Part shown: positions 10,256 to 19,391 of the stretch, one piece after another
Numbering within the stretch: position 1 is the stretch's first letter
Layout of the letters: each line of letters starts with the position of its first letter
Assembly (NCBI GenBank): GCA_033764095.1
Contig: JANRJF010000458.1
Coordinates: 4,814-68,813, forward strand
Origin: Deltaproteobacteria bacterium
Lineage (GTDB): Bacteria; Desulfobacterota; Binatia; HRBIN30; CADEER01
Direction of reading: 5' to 3'
DNA length: 64,000 nt
Made by a program: the position numbers and the translations under genes
Notes under the pieces: model-generated
What the model was told of the DNA's origin: nothing
Databases searched by the model: none
Seen by the model: only the letters and a program-made list of their open reading frames with translations

Positions 10256-11135
10256 CGTGCTGAGCTGGTGGGTCATCCTGCTCACGCTGTCGAACATCTT
10301 CGCCTGCTTCGGCCTGCTGCTGTGGGCGCGCAGCAAGCGCGTCGCCGGCGCCGCGCACGAGACGCTCGGTCACGCGTACGACGGCATCCAGGAGCTCGAC
10401 ACGCCGCTGCCGCGCTGGTGGCTGTGGATCTTCATCGGCACCATCGTCTTCTCACTCGTCTACCTGGCGCTGTACCCGGGCCTGGGCAACTTCCCCGGCG
10501 TGCTCGGCTGGACCTCGTCCGGCCAGCTGCATCAGGAGATGGCGCGCGCCGACGCCGAGTACGGCCCGCTCTACGCCGCCTACGCCGCCAAGCCGATCCC
10601 CGAGCTGGTCCACGATGCCAAGGCGCTGCAGATGGGCCAGCGCCTGTTCGCCAACAACTGCGCGCAGTGCCACGGCTCCGACGCGCGCGGCGGCGTCGGC
10701 TTCCCCAACCTCACCGACAACGACTGGATCTGGGGCGGCGACCCCGACACCATCAAGACGACGATCCTCGCCGGCCGCAACGGCGTCATGCCGCCGTTCG
10801 CCCCCGCCATCGGCGGCGACGAAGGCATCCCGCTGGTCGTCGCCTACGTGCAGAGCCTGAGCGGCATGCAGGTGGACGCCGACAAGGCGGCCGCCGGCAA
10901 GGTCAAGTTCAACACCATCTGCATGGCCTGCCACGGTCTGGACGGGAAGGGGAACCAGACGCTGGGCGCGCCCAACCTCACCGACGACGTCTGGCTCTTC
11001 GGCAACGACGAGGCGAGCATCGCCGAGGGCCTGCGCAAGGGCCGCAACAGCAAGATGCCGGCGCACGCCGACATTCTCGGCGAGCAGAAGGCGCACGTCG
11101 TCGCCGCCTACGTCTACAGCCTGTCGCACCGGTGA
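10248..11135 (+). CDS. ccoP: cbb3 oxidase subunit III, diheme cytochrome c (CcoP)
   Basis: Two CxxCH motifs (CAQCH, CMACH). N-terminal TM helix. GGGAGGAG RBS. Confidence 0.92.
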   Translation: MSDVLSWWVILLTLSNIFACFGLLLWARSKRVAGAAHETLGHAYDGIQELDTPLPRWWLWIFIGTIVFSLVYLALYPGLGNFPGVLGWTSSGQLHQEMARADAEYGPLYAAYAAKPIPELVHDAKALQMGQRLFANNCAQCHGSDARGGVGFPNLTDNDWIWGGDPDTIKTTILAGRNGVMPPFAPAIGGDEGIPLVVAYVQSLSGMQVDADKAAAGKVKFNTICMACHGLDGKGNQTLGAPNLTDDVWLFGNDEASIAEGLRKGRNSKMPAHADILGEQKAHVVAAYVYSLSHR

Positions 11136-11162
11136 GGACGACGCCCGCGTCGAGGCAACGCC

Positions 11163-12632
11163 ATGACTCCATCCACCGCTCAGCGCGCCGGCAACCGCGA
11201 CAGCGCGCCGCCGGTCAGCGAGGTGTCGCTCTACGCCAAGCGCCAGCACATCTACCAACAGGAGGTGCAGGGGCCGTGGCAGCGGCGGCGCGCGCTGGCG
11301 CTCTTCCTCCTCGCCGGCGTGTTCTTCGCCGCGCCGTGGCTGACCTGGTCCGGACGGCAGGCGATCTGGTTCGATCTACCCAACCGCAAGTTCTATCTCT
11401 TCGCCCTCACCTTCTGGCCGCAGGACTTCATCTTCCTGTCCTGGATGCTGATGATCGCGGCCTTCAGCCTCTTCTTCTTCACCGCCCTCGCCGGCCGTCT
11501 GTGGTGCGGCTACGCCTGCCCGCAGACGGTGTGGACCAAGTTCTTCATGTGGATCGAGTGGCTGGTCGAGGGCGACCGCAATGACCGCATCCGCCTCGAC
11601 CGCAACCGCTGGAGCGCCGCCAAGCTGGCGCGCAAGGCCGGCAAGCACGGCGCCTGGCTGCTGCTGGCGCTGGCCGTGTCGCTCACCTTCCTCGGCTACT
11701 TCACGCCCATCCGCGCGCTGCTGCCGCGCTTCGCCAACGCCGGTCTCGGCGGCTGGGAGACCTTCTTCGCCGCCTTCTTCACCGCCGCGCTCTACCTCGA
11801 CGCCGGCTGGATGCGCGAGCAGATCTGCAAATACGCCTGCCCCTACGCCCGCTTCCAGGGCGCCATGTTCGACACCAACACGCTGACCATCTTCTACGAC
11901 GGCGGCCGCGGCGAGCCGCGCGGACACCGCGCCCGCGCGGCGGACCGCGGCGCCGGCGGTCTCGGCGACTGCATCGACTGCGGCCTCTGCGTGCGCGTCT
12001 GTCCGACCGGCATCGATATCCGCAACGGCACCCAGTACGAGTGCATCGGCTGCGCCGCCTGCATCGACGCCTGCGACGGCGTCATGGACGAGATGGGCTA
12101 CGCCAAGGGGCTGGTGCGCTACGCCAGCGAAACCAGCCTGCGCACCGGCCACCTGCGCATCCTGCGGCCGCGCGTCGTCGCCTACGGCGTGATCCTGGCG
12201 CTGATCACCAGCACCTTCGCCTACGCGCTGAGCCAGCGGGTGCCGCTGCGGGTGGACGTCCTGCACGACCGCGCCCGCCTCTACCGCATGACCCACGACG
12301 GGCTGGTCGAGAACACCTACACGCTGAAGATCATGAATCTCGATCAGCAGCCGCACGCCTACGCGATCGCCGCCGGCGGCCTCGAGCACCTGACGCTGGT
12401 CGCGCCCGGCGACATCCGCGTCGCGCCGGGCGAGATTGCCGACGTGCCGGTGCGCCTGCAGGCGCCGCCCGATCGGCGGGCGGAGCAGTCGCGCGACGTC
12501 CACTTCCGCATCAGCGCCCTCGACGCACCGGCGCTCGCCGTGCGCGAGACCAGTCGCTTCATCGCGCCCGCCCCGCCGCGCGAGGCGCACGAGGCGCACG
12601 AGGGGCACGAGGCGCACCCGGAGCACGAGTAG
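11163..12632 (+). CDS. ccoG: cbb3 oxidase accessory 4Fe-4S ferredoxin-type membrane protein (CcoG/FixG)
   Basis: Two ferredoxin Cys clusters (CIDCGLCVRVCP, CIGCAACIDAC) plus TM helices. Confidence 0.9.
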   Translation: MTPSTAQRAGNRDSAPPVSEVSLYAKRQHIYQQEVQGPWQRRRALALFLLAGVFFAAPWLTWSGRQAIWFDLPNRKFYLFALTFWPQDFIFLSWMLMIAAFSLFFFTALAGRLWCGYACPQTVWTKFFMWIEWLVEGDRNDRIRLDRNRWSAAKLARKAGKHGAWLLLALAVSLTFLGYFTPIRALLPRFANAGLGGWETFFAAFFTAALYLDAGWMREQICKYACPYARFQGAMFDTNTLTIFYDGGRGEPRGHRARAADRGAGGLGDCIDCGLCVRVCPTGIDIRNGTQYECIGCAACIDACDGVMDEMGYAKGLVRYASETSLRTGHLRILRPRVVAYGVILALITSTFAYALSQRVPLRVDVLHDRARLYRMTHDGLVENTYTLKIMNLDQQPHAYAIAAGGLEHLTLVAPGDIRVAPGEIADVPVRLQAPPDRRAEQSRDVHFRISALDAPALAVRETSRFIAPAPPREAHEAHEGHEAHPEHE

Positions 12633-12641
12633 GAGCCGCGC

Positions 12642-13193
12642 ATGCCTTGCGTCATCGCCCTGCCGTCGGCGGCGCCCCCGCCGCCCTGGTACCGCCAGTT
12701 CTGGCCCTGGTTCCTGATCGCGGTGCCGGGGCTCAGCGTCGTCGCCAGCCTCGCCATGCTGGTGATCGCCGTGCGCCACGCCGACTCGCTGGTGCGCGAC
12801 GACTACTACGCCGCCGGCCTGGCGATCGATCGCGACTTCGCCCTCGAGCGGGTTGCCGCCCAGCGCCACCTGGTCGCCACGCTGCACGACGACGACCACC
12901 GCCCCGAGCTGGCGCTCGAGCTGCGCGGCGAGGGCGTCGACCCGCACAGCGAGCTGACGCTCCTCCTCTCGCACCCGACCGACGCCGCGCGCGATCAGAC
13001 CCTGCGCCTGCGCGCCGGGGCGGACGGCATCTTCCGCGCCGCGCTCGCCGCGCCGCTGCGCGGTCCGTGGAACGCCGCCCTCGCTCCCGCCGGTGGCGGC
13101 TGGCGTCTCGCCGCGCGCATCGACTTCGACGCGCCCACCCCGCCGCAGCTCCCGGGCAGCGCCGCTGGCGCGCCGCGGCAGCCGGTTCCATGA
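12642..13193 (+). CDS. ccoH: FixH/CcoH family cbb3 assembly protein
   Basis: Single N-terminal TM helix. Position between ccoG and ccoI. 4-nt overlap with ccoI. Confidence 0.8.
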   Translation: MPCVIALPSAAPPPPWYRQFWPWFLIAVPGLSVVASLAMLVIAVRHADSLVRDDYYAAGLAIDRDFALERVAAQRHLVATLHDDDHRPELALELRGEGVDPHSELTLLLSHPTDAARDQTLRLRAGADGIFRAALAAPLRGPWNAALAPAGGGWRLAARIDFDAPTPPQLPGSAAGAPRQPVP

Positions 13194-15661
13194 CAGCGGC
13201 CGCACCCTGCGAGGTCTGCTTCCACTGCGGCCTGCCCATCCCGCCCGGACTCGACTGCTCCGCCGTCGTCGACGGCGCGGCGCGCGCGATGTGCTGCCCG
13301 GGCTGTGCCGCGGTCGCCGAGCTGATCGTCGCCAGCGGCCTCGCCGACTACTACCGCTATCGCCAGTCCCCCGGCGGTACCCCCGAGGCGTCCGCCGCGG
13401 CCGTGCGCGAGTTGCTGCGCTACGACCAGCCGGCGCTGCAGCGCGGCGTGGTCAGCGACGACGGCGACGGCGTCCGCCGCGTCACCCTCGCCCTGCGCGG
13501 CCTGCGCTGCGCGGCCTGCGCCTGGCTGATCGAACGCCACCTGCAGCGCCAGCCCGGCGTGCTGGAGATGCGCGTCAACCTCGCCAGCGAGCGCGCCGAG
13601 CTGCGCTGGCGCGAAGGCGACACCCGCCTCAGCACGCTGCTCGCCGAGATCGATCGCCTGGGCTACGACGCCCAGCCCTATCGCCCCGACGCCCAGGAGG
13701 CGGCGCGGCGCGAGGCGTACCGCGCCGCCCTGCGCCGCCTGGCGCTCGCCGGGCTCGGCGCCATGCAGGTGATGATGTTCGCCGTCGGCCTCTACGCCGG
13801 CGCCTGGCAGGACATCGCCCCGGTCTACCGCGACTACCTGCGCCTGGTCAGCGCGCTGGTGACGGCGCCGATCGTCGCCTACGCGGCACGCCCGTTCTTC
13901 AGCGCCGCGTGGCGCGACCTGCGCAACCGCCGCGTCGGCATGGATGTGCCGGTGGCGCTCGCCATCGTCGTCGCCTTCCTCGCCAGCCTGGTGGCGACGG
14001 GGCTGCGCCGCGGCGAGGTCTACTTCGACTCGGTGTGCATGTTCGTCTTCCTGCTCTCGCTGGCGCGCTTCCTCGAAATGCGCGCCCGCCACCGTGCCCA
14101 GGCGGCCGTCGAGGGTGCCCTGCGGCGACCGCCGGCGCACGCCACGCTGATGCGCGACGGCGGCAGCGAGGTGGTGGCGGCGGCCGAGTTGCAGCCCGGC
14201 GACCGCGTCCTGGTGCGGCCGGGGGAGACGCTGCCCGCCGATGGCGTGGTGGCGAGCGGCCAGGGCTGGGTCAACGAGGCGATGCTCACCGGCGAGCAGT
14301 GGCCGCGCGCCCGCCGGCCCGGCGATCGCGTCATCGGCGGCACCCAGAACGGCGAGAGCCCGCTCGAGGTGCTCGTCGAGCGCGCCGGGGCCGACGGCAT
14401 CCTCGCCGGCATCCAGCGCCTGGTGGATCGCGCCGGCGCCGAGAAGCCGCCGGTGGCGCGGCTCGCCGATCGCGTCGCCCGCGTCTTCGTCCCCGGCGTG
14501 CTGCTGCTGGCGCTGGTCGTCGCCGCCGCCTGGTGGCCGTTCGGTGCCGAGCGCGCCCTGTGGGTGACGCTCGCGGTGCTGGTGGTCAGCTGCCCGTGCG
14601 CACTGTCGCTGGCGACGCCGGCGGCACTCACCGCCGCCACCGGCGGGCTGCTCGGCCGCGGTCTGCTGATCACCCGCCCGCACGTGCTCGAGGGCCTCCA
14701 CGCCGTCACCCACGTCGTCTTCGACAAGACCGGCACGCTCACCGAGGGCCGCTTCCGCCTGACGCGGACGGTGCCGCTGGCGGGGCGCGACGCCGGCGCG
14801 GCGTTGGCCGCGGCGCGGGCGCTGGAGAGCCGCTCCGGGCACCCGATCGCGCGCGCCTTCGCCGGCGCGGCCGCGCCCGCGGTCGCCGACGCGGTCGCCG
14901 TCGCCGGCCTCGGCGTCGAGGGCGTCATCGGCGGCACCCGCTACCGCATCGGCAATCCCGACTGGGTGTTGGAGCTCGCCGGCGCGGCCGGCGCCACGCC
15001 GCCGGAGGCGGACGCGATGTGGATCCTGCTCGGCGATGCGGGCGGCGCCGTCGCCTGGTTCGCGCTCGAGGATACGACGCGCCGCGAGGCGCCGCGCGCC
15101 GTGCGCGCGCTGCGCCAGCGCGGCGTCGTCGTGCAGCTGCTGAGCGGTGATCCCTCGCCGGCGGTGACGCGCCTGGCCGAGCGGCTCGGCATCGACGTCG
15201 CCGTGCGCGGCGCGTCGCCGGAGGACAAGCTGCGCCACGTGCGCGCCCTGCAGGCGCGTGGGGCGGTGGTGCTGATGGTCGGCGACGGCGTCAACGACGC
15301 CCCGGTGCTCGGCGCCGCGCAGGTCTCGGTGGCGATGGGCGGCGGGACCGACCTGGCGATGAGCCGCGCCGACGCCGTGCTGCTGCGCGAGGACCTGGCG
15401 GTGCTGCCGGACGCGTTGGCGCTCGCCCACCGCACCCGGCGTATCCTGCACCAGAACCTCGGCTGGGCGGTCGCATACAATGCCGTCGCGCTGCCGCTCG
15501 CCGCGCTCGGTTGGGTGACGCCGCTGTGGGCGGCGCTCGGCATGTCGGCCAGCTCCCTGGTGGTGGTGCTCAACGCCCTCCGCCTCGGCACGCCGCCGTC
15601 GCCCGCCGCGCCGGTGCCGGCGCGGCCGGCGATCGCGCGCCGCCTGGAGCAGCCGGCATGA
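13190..15661 (+). CDS. ccoI: Copper-translocating P1B-type ATPase (CcoI/FixI)
   Basis: N-terminal Cys-rich metal-binding region. CPC motif in the TM region (SCPCALSLATP). DKTGT phosphorylation motif. MVGDGVNDAP hinge. The track ORF is 5'-extended; start is placed at ATG 13190 (ATGA overlap with ccoH). Confidence 0.9.
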   Translation: MTAAAPCEVCFHCGLPIPPGLDCSAVVDGAARAMCCPGCAAVAELIVASGLADYYRYRQSPGGTPEASAAAVRELLRYDQPALQRGVVSDDGDGVRRVTLALRGLRCAACAWLIERHLQRQPGVLEMRVNLASERAELRWREGDTRLSTLLAEIDRLGYDAQPYRPDAQEAARREAYRAALRRLALAGLGAMQVMMFAVGLYAGAWQDIAPVYRDYLRLVSALVTAPIVAYAARPFFSAAWRDLRNRRVGMDVPVALAIVVAFLASLVATGLRRGEVYFDSVCMFVFLLSLARFLEMRARHRAQAAVEGALRRPPAHATLMRDGGSEVVAAAELQPGDRVLVRPGETLPADGVVASGQGWVNEAMLTGEQWPRARRPGDRVIGGTQNGESPLEVLVERAGADGILAGIQRLVDRAGAEKPPVARLADRVARVFVPGVLLLALVVAAAWWPFGAERALWVTLAVLVVSCPCALSLATPAALTAATGGLLGRGLLITRPHVLEGLHAVTHVVFDKTGTLTEGRFRLTRTVPLAGRDAGAALAAARALESRSGHPIARAFAGAAAPAVADAVAVAGLGVEGVIGGTRYRIGNPDWVLELAGAAGATPPEADAMWILLGDAGGAVAWFALEDTTRREAPRAVRALRQRGVVVQLLSGDPSPAVTRLAERLGIDVAVRGASPEDKLRHVRALQARGAVVLMVGDGVNDAPVLGAAQVSVAMGGGTDLAMSRADAVLLREDLAVLPDALALAHRTRRILHQNLGWAVAYNAVALPLAALGWVTPLWAALGMSASSLVVVLNALRLGTPPSPAAPVPARPAIARRLEQPA

Positions 15662-15822
15662 ACATCATCTTCGTCCTCATCCCGCTGGCGCTGCTGCTGC
15701 TCGTGGTGGCGATCGCCGCCTTCTTCTGGGCGGTGCAGCACGAGCAGTTCGACGACCTCGACTCGCCGGCGACGCGCATCCTGTTCGACGACGACGAGCC
15801 CGGCGGGGAGGAGAGGCGGTGA
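15658..15822 (+). CDS. ccoS: cbb3 oxidase maturation protein CcoS/FixS (54 aa)
   Basis: Small single-TM protein. ATGA overlap with the ccoI stop. Typical operon position. Confidence 0.75.
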   Translation: MNIIFVLIPLALLLLVVAIAAFFWAVQHEQFDDLDSPATRILFDDDEPGGEERR

Positions 15823-16553
15823 CGCCGCCGCTCGACGCCGTCAGCCTGCTCGGCGGCCTCGGCCTCGGCGCGCTGGGCAGCGCCCACTGCGTCGCCATGT
15901 GCGGCGGCATCGCAGGTGCGCTCGCCCTGGCGCCGGGGGCCACCGGCGCCGCCGCGGCGGTCGCTCGCCAGACCGCCTACAACGTCGGACGGATCACCAG
16001 CTACGCCGTCGCCGGCGCGCTCGCCGGCGCCCTCGGCGTCGCCCTCGCCGGGCTCTTCGGCGGCACCGGCATCGCCCTGCTGCGCGCGCTCGCCGCGCTG
16101 TTGCTGCTGGCGCTCGGCCTCTATCTCTCCGGCTGGTGGTCCGGCCTCGTCCGCCTCGAGCGCTTGGGCGCGCGCCTCTGGCGGCGTATCGCGCCGCTCG
16201 CCGCGCGCCTGCGGCCAGGCCGTTCCATCGGCGGCGCCCTGGCGCTCGGTATGCTGTGGGGCTGGCTGCCGTGCGGGCTCGTCTACAGTGCCCTGGCGCT
16301 GGCGGCGACCGCCGGTGACTGGCGCCACGGCGCGCTGCTGATGGCCGGTTTCGGCCTCGGCACCCTGCCGGCGATGCTCGCCACCGGTCTCGTCGCCGGT
16401 CGTGTCGGCGGCCTCGCACGCCGCGCCGCCCCGCGTCGCGTCGCCGGGATCCTGCTGATCGGCTTCGGCCTGTGGACGTTTGCCGCCAGCGGCGCCGTCG
16501 CCCATCTCCGCGGCGCCGCGCCGGCCCCCTGCCACGACCACGGCGCGCCCTGA
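15819..16553 (+). CDS. TauE/SafE-like membrane protein with HCxxMCGG motif, closing the cco cluster
   Basis: SAHCVAMCGG motif. 6-7 TM helices. GTGA overlap with ccoS. Strong GGGGAGGAGAGG RBS. Confidence 0.75.
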   Translation: MTPPLDAVSLLGGLGLGALGSAHCVAMCGGIAGALALAPGATGAAAAVARQTAYNVGRITSYAVAGALAGALGVALAGLFGGTGIALLRALAALLLLALGLYLSGWWSGLVRLERLGARLWRRIAPLAARLRPGRSIGGALALGMLWGWLPCGLVYSALALAATAGDWRHGALLMAGFGLGTLPAMLATGLVAGRVGGLARRAAPRRVAGILLIGFGLWTFAASGAVAHLRGAAPAPCHDHGAP

Positions 16554-16664
16554 GCGCCGCGCGGCCGGGACACACCACCGCCGCGGCGCCTTTGCCGTTC
16601 GCGGGTCCGCGGTGACGGTCACCGGCGACGGACGGATCGGCGCATGCCCTGGCGTCCGCGCCGG

Positions 16665-17030
16665 TCAATCGTCGCGTGACTCGTCGGCACGCGTCGGCGT
16701 GCGCGTCGCGCGCGGCGTCGGTGTGCGAGTCGGCGCGGCGGTCGGCGTGCGGGTCAGCGTCGGCCGCCGCGTCGGCGTCGGCGTGCGCGTCGCGGTTGGC
16801 CGCCGCGTCGGCGTGCGGGTCGGCAGGCGCGTCGAGGTGGCGGTGGCGCGCCGCGTTGCCGTCGGCGTCACCCGCGCCGTGACCGTCGGCGTGCGTGAGC
16901 GCAGCGTCGCGGTAGGCGTGCCCGGTCGCGCGCTGGCCGTCGGCGTCGCCCGCGTCGGCGTCCTGGTGACCGCGAGGGTCGGGGTGGGGCTGGCTGATGG
17001 CGTCGCGCTCGCCGCGCGCGGCGTGCCGCC
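16665..17030 (-). repeat. Degenerate tandem DNA repeat (GTCGGCGTGCGxGTCG-like units) encoding the TPTR/PT-rich C-terminal tail of the multiheme cytochrome
   Basis: Visible periodicity of gtcggcgtgcgcgtcgc units in 16680-16960. Confidence 0.6.
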
Positions 17031-18953
17031 GATCGTCAGCGACACGACGCCGAGGTTGGAGTTGGTCGAGCCGTCCCAGGCCGCGTAGGTGAAGGCGTCG
17101 GCGCCGCTGAAGCCGGCGTCGGGCAGGAAGGTGGCGACACCGTTGGCGAGCCCCACCGTGCCATGCGCCGGTTGCGAGACGATGCGCAGCGTCAGCCCAT
17201 TCAGGTCGGCATCGGTGGCGCTGAGCGCGATCGGCAGCGGGACATCGACCGCCGTCGTGCGACTCAGGTTGACCACCACCGGGGCGCGATTCGGGTTGCG
17301 CTCCTCGCTGTTGGGACCAGCGTGACACAGGAAGCACCCGACCTGGAATCCGCGCCAGAGGACCTTCGATCCCAATTCGCTCTGCAGCACGCGATCGGCC
17401 TGCGCGCGCGACAGCTCGGTGCCGCGGTAGTCGCTGCCGTGACAGTCGCGGCAGCGCCCGGCGCCGCGCTGCTCGACCGCGTCCGGATGACGCTGCACCC
17501 AGGCGTTGCCGATCGGATGCATGCCGTGCGGTCCGCCGTCGATGGTGGTCACGCCACCCGGGTGGCAGCTGACGCACTCCACCAGCATGCCGGGATGCCC
17601 CTGCAACTGGATGCTCTGGAGGTTGTCGTTGCGGTGCGAGGCCGGAAACTCGGCGTGCGTCGAGCCGTGGCAGGCTTCGCATTTGAGACCGCCGTGTCCG
17701 GTGGAGAAGCGATACAGCGACAGTCCGGCGGCCGGCGCATCGGGTGTGGTGGCGAAGGTGTCGTTCACCGCCCGACGGCGCGCGCCGGAGGCGTCGAACA
17801 CCGAGGTGAAGCGGATGGCACCGTTGTTCTGCACCGCGGTGCCCGTGTGGCAGTTCTGGCAGGTTGGCTCGTCGAGCCAGCCGACGCGGGTCGCCGCGCC
17901 GACATCGCGCATGGTGCCATGGCAGCTCTGGCACTGCATGGCCAGGGTGCCGTCCGCCGCCACCGCCGAGCCCATGGCGCCGCGCAGGCAGCGCGTGACC
18001 GACCCCGGATGGCAGCGGTAGCAGGCCGCGCGGCCCTGATCGATGTCGTCGAGCAACGCATGGCGCGTGTGCACCGCCGCGGTCAGCGGCGTGATGCCCG
18101 TCTGGCCGCTGCCGGGCAGCGCCTCGGAGGCATGGCAGGTGGCGCACAGCACCGCCCGACCCGCCAGCGCGCTCGGCAGCAGCCCGCGCGCATCGTAGCC
18201 GCCGGCGGCCAGTGCCGCCGCGTACGCTACCTGGTCGCGGTGGCGGTCGTCGTGCAGCTGCAGCACGTTGCGGCGGAAGTCGCGTTCGGGGTCCATCTCG
18301 AACGCCCAGCCGCTGGGCGGTTGCGCCGCCGGCAGGCCGCCCGATCCGTGGCAGCCCTTGCAGCTCAGCTCATCGGAGACCGGTAGCACGATATCGGTCC
18401 GCGCCAGCTCGACGCCGTTGCGGTCGCGCGCCACCAGACGCATTAGCGGGTAGTAGTTCTTGCGGCCGGCGTCGTCGTAGGGCGTGATCGGAATGCCCTC
18501 GCCGATGAACCACTGCGCGGCCGCGTCCCAGCGCATCGCCTGCGGCGTGTTGGCAGCGCCCGGCATGGCAAACCCCGCGAGGCCGCCGTCGCTCGGGAAC
18601 ATCGCGCCGAACAGCGCCGGCGCGTGCTGCCAGAAGTTGGACTTGCCGACGGAGGTGGTGTTGATCGAGCCGTCCGGATCGGCGACCGCCTGATAGGTGA
18701 CGGTGATGCCGGCCGCCGCCGGGTCGGTGACCAGCCGGCCCTGCGCATCGGTGAGCTGTGCGTGGATGGTGTTGAAGGGCGGCAGGATGGCGAACAGAGA
18801 GAAGTCGGCGTCCATGCAGTGCATGCCGAGGTTGTTCCAGCCGACCAACGTCCACGCCGCAGCCCACGCCGGTGCCGCAACCAGTAACACCAGCGCCACG
18901 GTGCAGATGCCTTGCCATCGCACCGCTTCGCCTCGATCCGATCCCTGCGACAT
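16665..18953 (-). CDS. Secreted nine-heme c-type cytochrome: haem-free N-terminal domain, nine CxxCH motifs, Ig-like (Big/cadherin-like) domain and a Pro/Thr-rich repeat tail
   Basis: Signal peptide at MSQGSDRGEAVRWQGICTVALVLLVAAPAWAAA. Nine CxxCH: CKGCH, CATCH, CYRCH, CQSCH, CQNCH, CEACH, CVSCH, CRDCH, CFLCH. GGAGGG RBS. The 1207-aa track ORF is 5'-extended by GC shadow. Confidence 0.8.
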   Translation of the reverse strand: MSQGSDRGEAVRWQGICTVALVLLVAAPAWAAAWTLVGWNNLGMHCMDADFSLFAILPPFNTIHAQLTDAQGRLVTDPAAAGITVTYQAVADPDGSINTTSVGKSNFWQHAPALFGAMFPSDGGLAGFAMPGAANTPQAMRWDAAAQWFIGEGIPITPYDDAGRKNYYPLMRLVARDRNGVELARTDIVLPVSDELSCKGCHGSGGLPAAQPPSGWAFEMDPERDFRRNVLQLHDDRHRDQVAYAAALAAGGYDARGLLPSALAGRAVLCATCHASEALPGSGQTGITPLTAAVHTRHALLDDIDQGRAACYRCHPGSVTRCLRGAMGSAVAADGTLAMQCQSCHGTMRDVGAATRVGWLDEPTCQNCHTGTAVQNNGAIRFTSVFDASGARRRAVNDTFATTPDAPAAGLSLYRFSTGHGGLKCEACHGSTHAEFPASHRNDNLQSIQLQGHPGMLVECVSCHPGGVTTIDGGPHGMHPIGNAWVQRHPDAVEQRGAGRCRDCHGSDYRGTELSRAQADRVLQSELGSKVLWRGFQVGCFLCHAGPNSEERNPNRAPVVVNLSRTTAVDVPLPIALSATDADLNGLTLRIVSQPAHGTVGLANGVATFLPDAGFSGADAFTYAAWDGSTNSNLGVVSLTIGGTPRAASATPSASPTPTLAVTRTPTRATPTASARPGTPTATLRSRTPTVTARVTPTATRRATATSTRLPTRTPTRRPTATRTPTPTRRPTLTRTPTAAPTRTPTPRATRTPTRADESRDD

Positions 18954-19391
18954 CGCGCCCTCCGCAATTTCCGCGTCGCCGTTCGGTGCAGATCGAAGGC
19001 CGTACGGCGTGACGCTCAGCGAGATGCGCGACGGGTCTGCAAATGCTGCCGCAGCGTGGGTGAATTCGCGCGCGCTGCGCGTTTTCCCATGTCGCACAAC
19101 GGCGCGCCGCACATTCGTCGCAGCGATCGGAATCGCGTCGACCAACCGTCGCACGTTCCGCCACACGTGCATCGTTCTCGCCGGGGTGCCGTCGCAGTGC
19201 TGGGAATGCGGCCAGCCGTGCCGCGCGCCGGGGTTGGGTGCCGCCACGCCGCCGCCCTCGACCACACTCCGCCCGACGTGGCGATTGGTGCGGCGGCCGC
19301 GGCCGCGGTATGCGAGCGGCCCTGCCGGCCGGCGCGGCCGATTCGGGCTGCGGCGGCGATGCGGTTCGGCGGCGCGCCGAGGAGTCGGGTC

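Noticed and set aside
12041-13189. 5' extension of the ccoI ORF given in the track (start 12041)
   Set aside because: The extension overlaps ccoG and ccoH in another frame and is low-complexity. The conserved CcoI N-terminus begins at ATG 13190 with an ATGA overlap to ccoH.
16665-17030. Tandem repeats (also 29371..29733) considered as a possible CRISPR array
   Set aside because: The repeats are short (8-18 nt), degenerate, in frame inside CDSs and encode PT linkers. There is no repeat-spacer periodicity and no cas genes.
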